A DNA stretch of 64,000 nt. Origin: Mobula hypostoma (taxonomy: Eukaryota). Every line of letters begins with the position of its first letter. The stretch's first letter is position 1. Location of the stretch: positions 49,478,001-49,542,000 of the forward strand of contig NC_086097.1 in the NCBI RefSeq assembly GCF_963921235.1, in the 5' to 3' direction. Shown here piece by piece: positions 39,301 through 53,174 of this stretch. The position numbers and the translations under genes were made by a program. Under the pieces are notes generated by a model. The model did not search any database. It was not told the DNA's origin and worked only from the letters and a program-made list of their open reading frames with translations.

Positions 39301-40609
39301 TCTGCGTTCCCACACTGACCTCATTAGGTACCCCAGGGCCTACAAAACCAGAGTGGAAGCAAGTCATCTCAAGAACCTATCTAAAAAGGAGTTAGGATTA
39401 ACATATTTAAGGGCTTAAAGATATTGAATAAGAAAGTTTACAAATGGATTGAAAACTTAACAAGGAAACTATGCAAATTGAGTGTATGCTGTCTTGCTGC
39501 TAAATCACAAGATGGATATAATGAATTATAATTATATATACGTGCCTCAGGAACATACTAAGGGGGCAATTTAATTGTTAGAATCTACCTAATTAAATAC
39601 TATGACATTTTCTAGGTATAGAATAGATGCCAAAGAAAGATCACTCTATCAAAGTATAAAAGAATGGTAAAACTGTGCCTTCGTCTAGTACTAATCAATG
39701 TAAAATTGTTCTTGAACTAATGGTCTGTAGATTAGTTATTCAGAAATTTTAAACTAATGGGTGTCTTTGAGAGGCAGTAATAAGAGTTGTAAAAGTATAC
39801 TCAATTAGTTTTTTTAGGCTTGTTAACATTATAACACAGCAATATGTTTGGACAGGAAAAGACCTTGGTTTTATGTTGGTCATGTAACCAATATGTTGGT
39901 TTTGGTACATTTCTAAAAGTCCTAAATTCCATTTATTGGTCTTTTTAGGGATTTTATTTCTTTTTGACATCTTGCACCAATAATGATCTCTATACGTATG
40001 CAATGCTCTTTACGAAGTAGTGAGTCCTTAGATGCCTAATTGTCTGATACACAGGACCATCTTGTCCATGGATAGATACACTCATGTATGGACTGCATTT
40101 CTGAATCTAAGCAGATTCTTTGCTGCTCTGATGCTGATCACCAGAATGCTTCACCCAAGCCACCCTGCTTAATCAGCAAGCAGACTTTAGTTGGACTGCA
40201 GTCAGGATAACATTCTAGAATCTACTTCCACTCTAATAGTATATTCCATATACAGTACCTCTCACCCTCTGTTAACATACTTTGGTTGGAAGTTTAACTA
40301 AATCCCTTATAATGGCTCGAACATCATTATTTCGGTAATATTTACTATCAGTATCAATTTATTAAGAACCACCTGGAGGTGTGAAACACCGTATAACTTT
40401 GGGAAAATGTACAATACTGCTTGATGAGCTGCAGGAGAATCTGAGATAATATCACTAATTTGTCATTGACATAGCATTACAGAGGATTTGCTTTAAAAAT
40501 ATAGTGATATTATTTAGCATTTGTTTTACATCATTCTCTGGATGTAAAATGCCATTTTATTTTTCGTACCTGTAGTGTTGCATTTTGAAGCAATTTTGAG
40601 ACAATGGAT

Positions 40610-42530
40610 CAAAATTCAAAGTTAATTTATTATCAAAGCACATATATGTCACCATATACAACCCTGAGATTCATTTTCTTGTGGGCATACTCAATAAATC
40701 CATAATAGAATCAATGATAGACAGCATCAACTTGGGTGTTCAACCAGTGTGCAAAAGGCAACAAACAGTGCAAATACAGAAAGAAAATAAATAAGCAATA
40801 AATACAGTATCGTGAACATGAGATGAAGAGTTATTGAAAGTGAGTCCATTGGTTGTGGGGCAACAATGGGACAAGTGAAGTTGAGTGAAATTATCCCCTT
40901 CAGTTCAAGAGCCTGATGAGGGGTATTAACTGTTTCTGAACGTGGTGCTGTGAGTCCTGAGGCTCCTGTACCACCTTCTTGATGGCAGCAGCAAGAAGGG
41001 AGCATGGCCTGAGTGATGGGGATCCCTGATGATGTATGCTGCTTTCCTGCGACACTGTTTCATGCAGATGTGCTTTACCTGTGATGAATTGGCCCATACC
41101 CACTAATTTTTGTGGGATTTTCCATTAATGAGTATCTGTGTTTTCACATCAGGCTGTGATGCAGCCAGTCAATATACTCTCCACTACGCATCTACAGAAG
41201 CTTGTCAAAGTTTTAGATGTCATGCTGAAGGAAGTGGAGGCACTGCCATGCTTCCTTGGTAATTGCACTTGTGTGCTGGGTGCAGGACAGGCTCCTCTGA
41301 AATAATAACACTGAGGAAATTAAAGTTGTTGACCCTCTTCACCTCTGATGAGAACTAGCTCATGGACCTCTGGTTTCCTCCTCCTAAAGTCAACAGTCCA
41401 ATCTGTGGTCTTGCTGACATGGAGTAAGAGGTCGTTGTTATGACACCACTCAGCCAGATTTTTAATCTCCCTCCTACATGCTGACTCATCACCACCTTTG
41501 ATTCAGCCTACCATAGTGGTGTCATCAGCAAACTTGAATTATGGCATTACAGCTGTGTTTAGCCACACACTCATAAGTTTAAAGCGAGCAGAGCAGGAGG
41601 CTAAGCACACAGTCTCTTGGTACACTTGCGCTGATGGAGATTGTGGAGGTGATGGTATTGCCAATCCGAACTGACTAGGGTCTGCAAGTGAGGAAATCGA
41701 GGATTCATTTACAAAGGAATTATTGAGGGATAAGTTTTGTAGCTTATTGATTAGTTTTGAGGGGATGATAGTATTGAATGCTTAGCTGTAGTCAATGCAA
41801 TTTTACTATCCAGATGCTCCATGGTTGAGTGAAGAGCCAGTAAAATGGCATCTGCTGTTGAACTATTGTGACAGTAAGCAAATTGGAGTGGATCCAAGTC
41901 ACTTCTCGGACAGGAGTTGATAATGTTTCATCATCAAACTCTCAAAGCATTTCATCACAGTCAGTAAAAGTGCTACTGGATGATAGTCTTTGAGGCACAT
42001 TGCCATATTCTCCTTAGGCACTGGTATAATTGAAGCCTGCTTGAAGTAGGTGGGTACCTCAGACTGCTGAAGCGAGAGGTTGAAGGTATCAGTGAACACT
42101 CCAGCCAATTGATCAATGTAGGTCTTTACTATTTGGTCAAGTACCCGTTCTGGGCCAGATGCTTTCCTTCGGTACACCTTCCTGAAGGGTGCTTTCATGG
42201 TGGCTTCCGAGACTAAAATCACAGGGTCATCATGGGCTGTGGGAGATCATGAAGGTGCCTCCCTGTTTTGATAGTCAAGGCAAGTATGAAAGGCACTGAA
42301 CTCATCTGGGAGCAAAACCTTGTCGCCTATGTCACTTGGTTTCACTTTGTAGGAGGTGATAGCATTAATGACCTTTACCGTTATCAAGCATCCTTCAGTG
42401 ATTCAAGTTTGGTCTGGAACTGCACCTTCATGTGTGAGGTGGCTTTCCGGAGCTTTGTACATGGTCCTCTTGTATTTTACTCGGGTCACCAGACCTGTAT
42501 GCCACTGAACTGGCCCTCAACGGATTGCAG
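40610..42530 (-). mobile_element. Rex1-type LINE fragment in ADSS1 intron 1
   Basis: KASGPE...DQLAGVFTDTFNLSLQQSEVPTYFKQASIIPVPK...DYHPVALLLTVMKCFE. Confidence 0.85.
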
Positions 42531-42781
42531 ATTGTTAACAGGTATATTGCATCAGAAAATGCAATTGGTTAGAATGTGGACAAGGCTTTTATTGCCATGG
42601 AGCAGGAATACAATCCAGTTGATTTCTGTGTTAAAGCATTTCTAAAGTAAATTTCTATCAGTTTGAAAGTCATGTAATAGAAGAACAATTTATAATTATT
42701 AGAATTGAATTGTTCCATTTCAGTGCTTTTTCTATCAAACTGGGATTTTAAGACTGGTGGTTGTATTGACAAAGGAATATA

Positions 42782-44259
42782 CAGTGGAAGTCAGAAGTTT
42801 AATACACTTAGGTTGAAGTCATTAAAACTCATTGTTTAACCACTCCATAGTTTTCATATTAGCAAACTATAGTTTTGGCAACACGTTGTGGATGACTACT
42901 TTGTGCATGACACGAATAAGTTTTCCAACAATTGTTTATAGACAGATTGTTTCACTTTTAATTAACTATATCACAATTCCAGTGGGTCAGAAGTTTACAA
43001 ACAAAATCAAAAGAAATCAGCCAAGATGTCAGAAAAAAAATTGTGGACCTCCACAAGTCTGGTTCATCCTTGGGAGCAATTTCCAAATGCCTGAAGGTAC
43101 CACATTCATCTGTACAAACAATAGTACACAAGTATAGACACCATGGGACCACGCAACCGTCATACCACTCAGGAAGGAGATGCACTCTGTCTCCTAGAGA
43201 TGAACGTACTTTGGCGCAAAAAGTGCAAATCAATCCCAGAACAACAGCAAAGGACCTTGTGAAGATTCTGGAGGAAACAGGTAGACAAATATCTAAATCC
43301 GCAGTAAAACAAGTCCCATATCGACATAATCTGAAAGGCTGCTCAGCAAGGAAGAAGCCACTGCTCCAAAACTGCCATTAAAAAAAAAACAAGACTACAG
43401 TTTCCAAGTGCACATGGGGACAAAGATCTTGAGAAATGTCCTCTGGTCTGATGAAACAAAAGTTGAACTGTTTGGCCATAATGACCATTGTTATGTTTGG
43501 AGGAAAAAGGGTGAGGCTTGCAAGCTGAAGAACACTATCCCAACCGTGAAGCGTGGGGGTGGCAGCATCATGTTGTGAGGGTGCTTTGCTGCTGGAGGGA
43601 CTGGTGCACTTCAGAAAATAGATGGCATCATGAGGAAGGAAAATTATGTGGATATATTGAAGCAACATCTCAAGACATCAGCCAGGAAGTTAAAGCTCAG
43701 TCGTAAATGGGTCTTTCAAATGGAGAATGACCCCAAGCATACCTCCAAAGTTGTGGCAAAATTGCTTAAGGACAACAAAGTCAAGGTATTGGAGTGGCCA
43801 TCACAAAACCCTGACCTCAATCCGATTTAAAAAAAAAAATAATAATAATAATTGTGGGCTGAACTGAAAAAGTGTGTGTGAGCAAGGAGGCCTACAAACC
43901 TGACTCAGTTACACCAGTTCTGTCTGGAGGAATGGAACAAAATTCCAGCAACTTATTGTGAGAAGCTTGTGGAAGGCTACCCAAAACACTTGACCCAAGT
44001 TAAACAATTTAAAGGCAATGCTACCAAATACTAACAAAGTGTCTGTAAACTTCTAACCCACTGGGAATGTGAGGAAAGAAATAAAAGCTGAAATAAAACA
44101 TTCTCTCTACTATTATTCTGATATTTCACATTCTTAAAATAAATAGTAATCCTAACTGACTTGACAGGGAATGTTTTCTAGGATTAAATGTCAGGAACTG
44201 TGAAAAACTGAGTTTAAATGTATTTGGCTAGGGTGTATGTAAACTTCTGACTTTGACTG
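42782..44259 (+). mobile_element. Sleeping Beauty-like Tc1 DNA transposon (IR/DR type), transposase pseudogene
   Basis: TA TSDs. Termini CAGTGGAAGTCAGAAGTTTA..ACACTTAGG and GTGTATGTAAACTTCTGACTTTGACTG; inner DRs CAGTGGGTCAGAAGTTTACA. KSKEISQD...DLHKSGSSLGAISK; WSDETK; FQMENDPKHTSK; WPSQNPDLNPI; ...KGNATKY*. Confidence 0.95.
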
Positions 44260-46599
44260 TAAAATCTGAATTACTTTGATTTCTTAACATTCGCTATTAA
44301 TGCTAACCTTTGGTCACTGGGCAGCCCCTGGATAGAGCAGAATATAGATTATCATCCAGCATTTTGTCTCATCAGTTGTATACCTCAGAGTTCATTAAGC
44401 ATTGGTAAAGTAAATAGGCCGATCAGTGCTTTAAGTGTTGTTTGAGCGTTTAACGAGATCCAGAGTAATCAGAAAATATATGCCTATATAAATGAAGGGA
44501 AAGTGAAAACTTCCACCCGTTAATGCCAGAGTGCAAATTCTAATGATTGATGGGAGTTTTAGTACTGGTAGGCTGTTTGTACGGAAGTAACTCCACACCA
44601 GCCTTCAGAGCCAGGGACAGTACAATATGGCTTGGTGTCAGAATTGAAATCAATTTATAATAATAAGTTTATGATATTAAATTTACTGTGAACTTTGAGG
44701 TTGCTGTTGCAGCTTTTTGCTTGACTGTGGCACACGATGCAGCACAGGCGGGAAATACCTTGGTTTACTGGAAGCAACACCTTCTGTGTTGTCTGCTATT
44801 CCATTCCTCATCTCAACAATTAAAAAAATGTTCATTTTTCTAATCTGCTGTTCCTTCTTCTAATGTCCCAACACTATGAACAATCTCCCATGTTGTATAT
44901 TCGAGAGGAGAGACCATCTACATTTGCAAAAGAGTGCATTATTTTTAAAAGCAACCAAGCAGTCACCACAGCCAAAAATTGGCTTAAAAGAAACTGTTAT
45001 GGGCTTAAAACAACAAACCAAGGATATCCCTGAATGCAGTTTAGGTTCCTTCTAAATAAATGTTGCATTCGTATATGTTGTCACTTGATAACTTGATATG
45101 GTATTAAATTGATTGTAGCAGTTACTAAGTACAATTTCCACATTAAATCCAAGAATCCTAATTCATATTTATTTATTGACTTTCAAATACCTTGGATTTG
45201 CTTCAATATTGTGACCTGAACAATTCACTTCACTTGAATCACAGCATGATGTTTATGCTGATTTTTTTAATACTAGAAAAACATTAAACGTGAGTTAACT
45301 TTCTAACCCAAATTTTATTTTATTTTCCCAAGATTCAAATTGGTATGTCCATCCCATATCTTTCACAATCCTCTATTAAAATGTAGGTTGTTTATTCAAC
45401 ATGTTCTACACTTAAGCACCGTTATCTTGCTGTTTAATAAACCAAAATACCTGGTCCAGTTTTTCCTTGTGGAGTAGCTAAAGGTCAGATTGGAGTGCTA
45501 AGTAAGAACTTGAGAAGGTCAGTTAAATGTTTGTTGTTGGCAGCCACACAAGATTTAAATCCATGTCATTAGTCACACCAGACATATCAAGGTTTCATTG
45601 CATGATTAGACGTTATTATAAACTCATTCGGAAACTCAATCCCAATTGATTTTTGAGATTGAAGTTTTAAAAAAAAAGCTTCAGAAAGCTGTTTAAGTAT
45701 TTTTTAAAATATTGTCAGACTACTTGTGTGGCTTTTCTACATACTACCATTAGTGAAGTCATATTTCTGTGCCAAATGGTGATTTCTGAAATACAATACA
45801 TGAATAATATGTACAAGGATGGGAATCAGTTTCAGCAAGTCTCAGACGTGTGATAAAATAATATTTTTTTTGTTTAAATTCTTATGTAGCTGTGTTGTAC
45901 AGATGGGAGTACTGAAGCCAGTTTCCTCAGCCAGACCACCGTGATTTGTACTGGTTTGTAGTATACAGCAATGGCATACCCACTGCTCCAGAAAATGAAT
46001 GATGTGCAGACGCACACAAAAAAAAACATTTAATGCATTCTCCTTGGTAGAGTAAGTAGAGACACTAAAGAGCTATTCCACTATGACAGAGTTCTGATGC
46101 CAGTGGACTGAACCTCCCGCTCTGCCCGCTGGACTCAACACTTGAGCCAGCGACAGCTCTGAAACAGGCTGAGCTGATGGTCAAGTGCACACTGAATCTG
46201 ACCCTTCAGCTCTACGCACTAGGAATGCCTGGCATACAAGGATTAAGGTTATTCAGATAAGATTCATTGAAAAAATAAGTTCAACTTAAGTTCGATTTGT
46301 TTCTTTATTTCACATTATATTTATTAATTCAGTTTTCAACTGAAATGATTGTTTGAATTACTTAAACTGTTTGAAATTATTTTAATTATCTTTAAATTTA
46401 AACAGCGGCATCATCCTGAAGGCCATCAGGTCTGAGATGGGCTAGGATGGGATTCAGGATCCACTGAAAGGCTGGTTGCTACTTGCAGCTCACAGCCTTA
46501 AGGAAGAATTGCAGATCTACCAGGCACGTGCAGCCACAGGGTTAGTGTACAGGGCATTGGTAGTCCACAGGTTGGATAGAGCACCACCTGGTCCAATAC

Positions 46600-46940
46600 A
46601 CTGTATTGGTTTATTATTGTCACATGTACCAACATACAGTGCATTGAGGTAGAAAAAGATAAAACAATAACATACAGAATATACTGTAACAGCTACAAAG
46701 AAAGTAAAGATAAATAATAAAATGCAAGAACGTAACAAGGTAGATTGTGAGGTGAGGAATCCGTCTTATCATGCAAGAAGTCTGTTCAAGAGTCTGAGAA
46801 CAGCAGAATTGAAGTTATCCTTTAGCCTGGTGGTATGAGTTTTTCAGGCTTTTGTAATTTCTGCCTGATGTGATTGGGGAGTGAAATGTCCAAAGTGGGC
46901 AGAGTCTTTGATTAGGTCGCTACTTTACTGAGGGTACTTG
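46600..46940 (-). mobile_element. Old Rex1-type LINE 3' end
   Basis: GGTTTATTATTGTCACATGTAC is the reverse complement of the 33470-33490 terminus. Confidence 0.55.
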
Positions 46941-49180
46941 AGATGCTAACTTTGAATCGAGTAAAACAATCTACTGACCAAAGGCAACCCAAGTGATAAC
47001 AGGGCAGGAAGTGAAAAATCACGTGGGACATTATAAAGTAATTCCTGTGGAAAAAGTACTAGAGCCAGAGATGAGACATTGACACTAATGTTAATGCTAC
47101 AGGGAACAGCAAGACTTGGGCAGCAGAATTCCTTAACTAGGTCAGGAAAAAAAAAATTCTTCCTTCAAGCCCATGGGAATTCCAGAAAGCTTTTAAGTTG
47201 TTGAAATGGCCTTAGCTGCTTCTTCCTGCTCAGCTATTCTCCCCATGGTTTGGAATTAGGAATTAGCACCTACAATCTCCCAATTCAAAAATTAAAATTC
47301 CATTGCACTCTAAGTGATATCATTGGGGGATAAATGTCCCTGCCTTTCAGAACAAATAATCCTTATGAGTTTGTTGTGAGATAACTTTCCTATTCCTTGG
47401 CATCTTATGTTAACTACCTATTCCCACTAAACACTTCCCCACCTCATGTGTCTATATTTGTTACAGCTGTTATCCAAAATTAATATATACCTGAATAGTC
47501 TATGTATTGATCACGATATTCATTTTTTCACCTGCAGCCTTTTGAAGTGGTCTGGTCTTTCCCCAGACTGGAACTCTATGTGTTTTGTCACGTGGAGTCT
47601 AATACTGAGGCTACGTTCACACTAGACCAGATAATTTTGAAAACGCCGGTTTCGAGTAAAAATGACAGGCGTCCACACTATGCGTTTTTCAAAATATCTC
47701 TGTCCACATTAAAACGGATATTTGGGCGAATCTACTCCTACTGGGCCTGCACAGACACATCTACAGAAAACAAGCGAAGAGGAAATGGTATAATTTACGT
47801 TTCCACAGCGGCGTTGTGCTATTTCCATTGGTCAAAAACAACAACAACAGCGAAAGAAAGTTTTCAACAATGTCTTCGAGGAACACAAAGAAAACCTCCG
47901 CTGGAAAAAGCAGACCGGACTTCCTTGTTTAGACAGACAATGAAGTCAAGCTGTTTCTGCAAGTTACGAACGACTACAGAGTCGGCAAAGCAGTGGAGAA
48001 CGTGGGGATGTTTAACTCCAAACAAGCTATTAACGTAGACAATAAAGTAAACAACACATGCATGAAGCCGTTCTCAACCCAAGATCAACAAGAGAGTGGA
48101 ATCTTCTGCTGCCAGACCTGCGCAGTAGTTCTGACATTAATATTTTTAAAGATAGACTCAATCAAATCAATTTAAGGGATCTAGTCAAAAAAGCTCACTT
48201 TACAATTTAACTCTCAGGCCGTTCACACTGACTGCGCGTTATAACAGCTGCCCCGCAGTACCAAGCAGAAGCAGAAAAAGCATTGTTGTGTTGTTATGAC
48301 AGCGTTTTTAAATATCTCAGCTTACCCCATCCACGCTACAACGCGCAACATTCGTTTTCAAATTTACACACTCTGGAGAGTGTTTTAGAAAAGCTCTGTT
48401 TTCAGTGGATGAAAACGTTGCTTCAATGTGGACAGAGGCCCCCACCACTAAGCACATCTTTCCCTCCCCCCCCCTGCATTCCGCAGGGATCGCTCCCTGC
48501 ACAACTCCCTTGTCCATTCGTCCCCCCCATCCCTCCCCACTGATCTCCCTCCTGGCACTTATCCGTGTAAGTGGAACAAGTGCTACACATGCCCTTACAC
48601 TTCCTCCCTTACCACCATTCAGGGCCCCAAACAGTCCTTCCAGGTGAGGCATCACTTCACCTGTGAGTCGACTGGGGTGATATACTGCGTCCGGTGCTCC
48701 CGATGTGGCCTTTTATATATTGGTGAGACCCGACGCAGACTGGGAGACTGCTTTGCTGAACATCTACGCTCTGTCCGCCAGAGAAAGCAGGATCTCCCAG
48801 TGGCCACACATTTTAATTCCACATCCCATTCCCATTCTGACATGTCTATCCACGGCCTCCTCTACTGTAAAGATGAAGCCACACTCAGGTTGGAGGAACA
48901 ACACCTTATATTCCGTCTGGGTAGCCTCCAACCTGATGGCATGAACATTGACTTCTCTAACTTCCGCTAAGGCCCCACCTCCCCCTCGTACCCCATCTGT
49001 TACTCATTTTTATGCACACATTCTTTCTCTCACTCTCCTTTTTCTCCCTCTGTCCCTCTGAATATACCTCTTGCCCATCCTCTGGGTCACCCCCCCCCCC
49101 GTCTTTCTTCCCGGACCTCCTGTCCCATGATCCTCTCGTATCCCCTTTTGCCTATCACCTGTCCAGCCCTCGGCTCTATC

Positions 49181-49269
49181 CCTCCCCCTCCTGTCTTCTC
49201 CTATCATTTTGGATCTCCCCCTCCCCCTCCTGTCTTCTCCTATCATTTTGGATCTCCCCCTCCCCCTCC
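49181..49269 (+). repeat. 39-bp tandem duplication
   Basis: CCTCCCCCTCCTGTCTTCTCCTATCATTTTGGATCTCCC x2; single copy in the 62320-62370 relative. Confidence 0.85.
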
Positions 49270-49304
49270 AGCTTTCAAATCCCTTACTCACTCTTCCTTC
49301 AGTT

Positions 49305-49340
49305 AGTCCTGACGAAGGGTCTCGGCCTGAAACGTCGACT
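49305..49340 (+). ncRNA. Minimal type I hammerhead ribozyme motif
   Basis: AGTC-CTGACGA-A-GGGT(CTCG)GCCT-GAAA-CG-TC^GACT; predicted cleavage after C49336. Confidence 0.8.
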
Positions 49341-50306
49341 GCGCCTCTTCCTATAGATGCTGCTTGGCCTGCTGCGTTCACCAGCAACTTTGATGTATGT
49401 TGCTTGAATTTCCAGCATCTGCAGAATTCCTGTTGTTTGAAGAGAAAAAGCTTTGTTTTCAAAATTATCCGACATAGTGTGGACATAGCCTAAGTTATGA
49501 AACTTAAAGCTGTGCAACTGTAATGAGTTATGAAGAGAAATTAGTACTTCTCTGAAGGTGGGAGGTAAAGGGGAGGGGTGGAGTTAAACAGTCTGCATAA
49601 TACACTGATGTACAATATATTGTAGTATAGTTCTGTGTATGTTACACACACTCATGGAGGTTATTGTGCATAATTAGTGACTTCATATGCCATGCAGCAT
49701 GCAATTGATGTCATGAGCATGCTTTTCACAGAGATTTATTTTGATAAGTAATTTCATTACTTCATAGTCTGCTGCTTCCAACCATTGGGTAACCCAACAT
49801 TTAATCTCAGAATTTTGCATGCATGGCCCTTAGTTGAATCTTTGAAGGTTCATCAAAAGGTTAAATTATAATTTCAATAACTTGTGCAAATCCTCATTCC
49901 TTATTGGTTAATTCAAGCGTATCATTGCAATTAATGCATACCTCTCCTTTAGGCTCCTCAGCCGCAGTATCAACCACCCAGCTGTCATTATTTCCATACA
50001 ATATTGATCTCTGGCCAACTCACCAGTGTTCTCCGGGCTCTGATGTGAAGCCAACCAACACCACCTAAACATCCACGGTTTTAACATTCCCTCAGGTCCT
50101 GACTAAGACTCTAACCATCAGCCCCACACCTGACAAATAACCTCACTGCGATCTCGCGTCTTGTACATTTAATTGCATCTGAATATATCCAATGGCAGTT
50201 CAATAACCTGCATCCTCGGACACTAAAGAAGTGTGCAGAAAGACTTCACAGTTTATACAACAACCCTTGCGTATCTGTTAGGGCATTTGATGTATGGTTA
50301 TTTAGG

Positions 50307-50505
50307 TCGGTGGTCCCCAACCTCCAGGCCGCGGACCGATACGTTGCGGCAAAGAATGCAGCGGTAGCCGTAACACACCCAACACATCTTTAAGAAAAAA
50401 GCCGAATCACCTCTGATCTGGGCCAACATTTACATGCCGGGCAGCATCTAGTTAATTAGCTTGTTTATTTTGGCTTTTTGCTTAAAGATGTGCTGGGTGC
50501 GTTAC
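50307..50505. mobile_element. hAT/Charlie-type MITE remnant
   Basis: GTGGTCCCCAACCTCCAGGCCGCGGACCG terminus; CpG-rich body. Confidence 0.55.
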
Positions 50506-50596
50506 TGTATTTTCACAGTACCTCAACTTGGAAATTACAAAAGTACAACATTTTTCGAGTACAATTTCAGCTTTATAATTTCACTACAAACACTAA

Positions 50597-50728
<132 letters not shown>

Positions 50729-51690
50729 TGAACTGATCCAGTGAATATAAAATAAAAGTTTGAATTTAATGTAAATGTGGACAAATGTTACCATTGCTTG
50801 GATCAAAATGGGGAGGATCATCCTTTTTCAAACTGTTAAGAAATAGCCTGTGCAAAATACTGTTCACCAGCATTCTTAGATTAGATGGGGAAAATTTGTT
50901 TACCAAATCTGTTCTGGAGATTGTTATGTAACTTCTACGGGAAGCTCAAGACATTGAGAGAATGAGGCCAGAGTTCTCAATGATCTCCTTACCAATGACA
51001 ATAAGCATAGAAATTAGTATACAAACAACAAGGAAAATCAACACTCAGGCAAGAGATTGGTAGGGATCTTTGATCACTGATGTACTTGTTCTCATGTCAT
51101 TGAGATCTAGAGATGAGATCCATAGAAAAAGGCAACAAGGACAGAAAGATTCTATATATTTGCATTACACAGATGTAACTTAGCACTGTCTTTTTTAGTT
51201 AAAGATAATTTGATATATAGTACATTTAACAAGAACATCTTAACTCAAATAGTTGTACCCAAGAATGTACAAAAAATGATAATGTAGTTCATTATTTTCA
51301 GAAAAAGTTGGACATTAATTTGCAGAGATGGGAGGATGTTACTGAGGCGTAATTGAACTGCAGAGAGTGGCTAACAAAATTGTTAAAACTCTATCCTCTA
51401 TACAGATATAAATAAAACTGAAGCAGATTTTAAAGTCGTTTCATGTCATACTGGGGAAAATTATTATCTTCAAAGAACTTGAATTTCACACCAAAGGAAA
51501 TTAATGCTCAGGGCTCTTTATTCTGCTAGAAAAGTTACGCTTTTGTAGAGAAGGGTGTTCCAGACCATTGACTCTAAGCTGAAATCACCTGAGACTTTTG
51601 ATAAACTTTTAACTTATCATAATCTTTTAACTTATTATAGATTGCAATATCTAGCTGTACCAATATCTCTCACTATTTTTACTACTTTAG

Positions 51691-51753
51691 GGAATGGTGT
51701 TGTGATACATCTGCCTGGATTGTTTGAAGAAGCTGAGAGAAATGAAAAGAAAG
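51691..51753 (+). CDS. ADSS1: ADSS1 coding exon 3 (63 bp)
   Basis: ctttag|(G)[21 protein letters not shown]|gtattt; EKK form is ADSS1-like. Confidence 0.97.
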
Positions 51754-52252
51754 GTATTTTAGTTTGCCTATTAAGCATCATTACTTTGTAACATGCAATA
51801 AAATACTCTCTTATGTGACAATATTTCTAAATCTATAGTTTTAGATGTGCAGGAAACACATTTAGTCTCCTGGTTTCATCTGGTCACCTTGGAATACTTA
51901 CTGCTTAACCTGCCAATTGTAGGCTCAAAAGTAAATGGACAAGATACATTTTATCTCACTCGGATGTAGCCTCCTCTAGCTAAATATATTCATGTTTAAA
52001 TGCTTTTTGTCCTTGTCTATAATTATTCTAAACTTAGTGATAGCATGATCACTGCTCCTCAAATGCATGTGTTCTGAAGCATGATTGCTTTCATGTCTGT
52101 TCTGTACTTCATTTCTTTGTTGGACTGAAAGCACACTGATCAAGAAAGATTTGTTTTTACTGCTTTTAAGAATTCCTCAGTCCTTTGGCCTTTTTATCCC
52201 TGCATATTGGAATAATTGAGGTCCTTTGTTTTCTTAGTTATTGCATCTCTTT

Positions 52253-52800
52253 GGCTACGTACACACTAGACCGGATAAATCCGTAACCAAAGCTTTTCCT
52301 CTTCGTTTTGACCCTCCACACACATTGAAATGGCATTTTCCTCCCCCGAAAACAGAGCTTTTCTAAAACACTCTCCAGAGTGTTTAAATCTGAAAATGCC
52401 AGTTGGCCATTGTAGTGTGTACAGGGTAACTGGCTGATTTTAAAACCGCTGTCATGATGTGCCAGAACAAATGGTGGCGTCAGCGTGGCATTTCATTGTT
52501 TTCTTGAACGCATCCTCCAACACCATAACAATATCTGACAATAGATGTGTAACATCCTAATGTAACATTGTATGGAAATACAAGATAACACTGATGCAGA
52601 CATGTTTTACACATTTAGCAAGGTGCTTTATTAATGTATTGCTTGTGCAGACATTCAATAGATGCAATTGTCACTTTTGCCGAGTAACTTATTTTATTGC
52701 ACATGTTAAAAATACAGCAAAATAATAAACAAAGGCATGGCAAAAGTAAAGGCAAACAAATGAGGTAACAGCAAATTTCACTTTTGCCCAGTAACAAGCC
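52253..52800. mobile_element. Harbinger-type MITE relative (one terminus)
   Basis: GGCTACGTACACACTAGACCGGATA; body is the reverse complement of 48290-48440 plus 49439-49490. Confidence 0.7.
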
Positions 52801-53107
52801 TTATTGCATTTAGTTGTAGCTGAAGGAGGTGATGGGCAGATAAGGAGATAAGGGGAACTGGAAATGATGAAAGAGGTCTGGGGTCATTACTGGAAATTTG
52901 AGAAATCGATGTTCATGCTGTCAAGTTGGAGGTGTTGTTCCTCCAACCCAAGTATGCTTTTTAAGGGAGTCTTCTATTATTGTCACCATATCATAGTTTC
53001 GCAAGCGTAATTACTATTTCAGTTTATCGATCTTTTTAAAATCACTTTGTAGGTTTTTTTTACATGTATTGTCAAATACTAGAGGGAAATTGTCAAATAT
53101 TAGAGGG

Positions 53108-53174
53108 ACACACAAAAAAGTTGCTGGTGTTGCTTGAATTTCCAGCATCTGCAGAATTCCTCATGTTTGCGTTG
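53108..53174 (+). mobile_element. 67-bp Penelope-like mini-insertion
   Basis: 13-bp TSD AAATATTAGAGGG (53095-53107 / 53175-53187); short inverted 5' piece plus standard tail. Confidence 0.8.

Larger units (their letters stand above)
48440..49438 (+). mobile_element. Penelope-like retroelement 3' portion: GIY-YIG endonuclease, pyrimidine-rich UTR, hammerhead, tail
   Basis: ORF 48644-48970 HFTCESTGVIYCVRCSRCGLLYIGETRRRLGDCFAEHLRSV...LPVATHFN...RLEEQHLIFRLGSLQPDGMNIDF. Confidence 0.92.
47609..49490. mobile_element. Harbinger-type MITE (GGCTAC..CACACTA termini) split by a Penelope insertion
   Basis: Left GGCTACGTTCACACTAGACCAGATAATTTTGAAAAC versus right end reverse complement GGCTATGTCCACACTATGTCGGATAATTTTGAAAAC; flanks TGA/TAA. 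Confidence 0.8.

Noticed and set aside
38760..39380. More GC-rich unique-looking intronic block with an 83-aa minus-strand ORF
   Set aside because: No recognisable domain or consistent splice structure; possibly an ancient TE, cannot be supported
49010..49517. Overlapping low-complexity ORFs (also 62156-62579)
   Set aside because: Translations of the pyrimidine-rich Penelope 3' UTR, not genes
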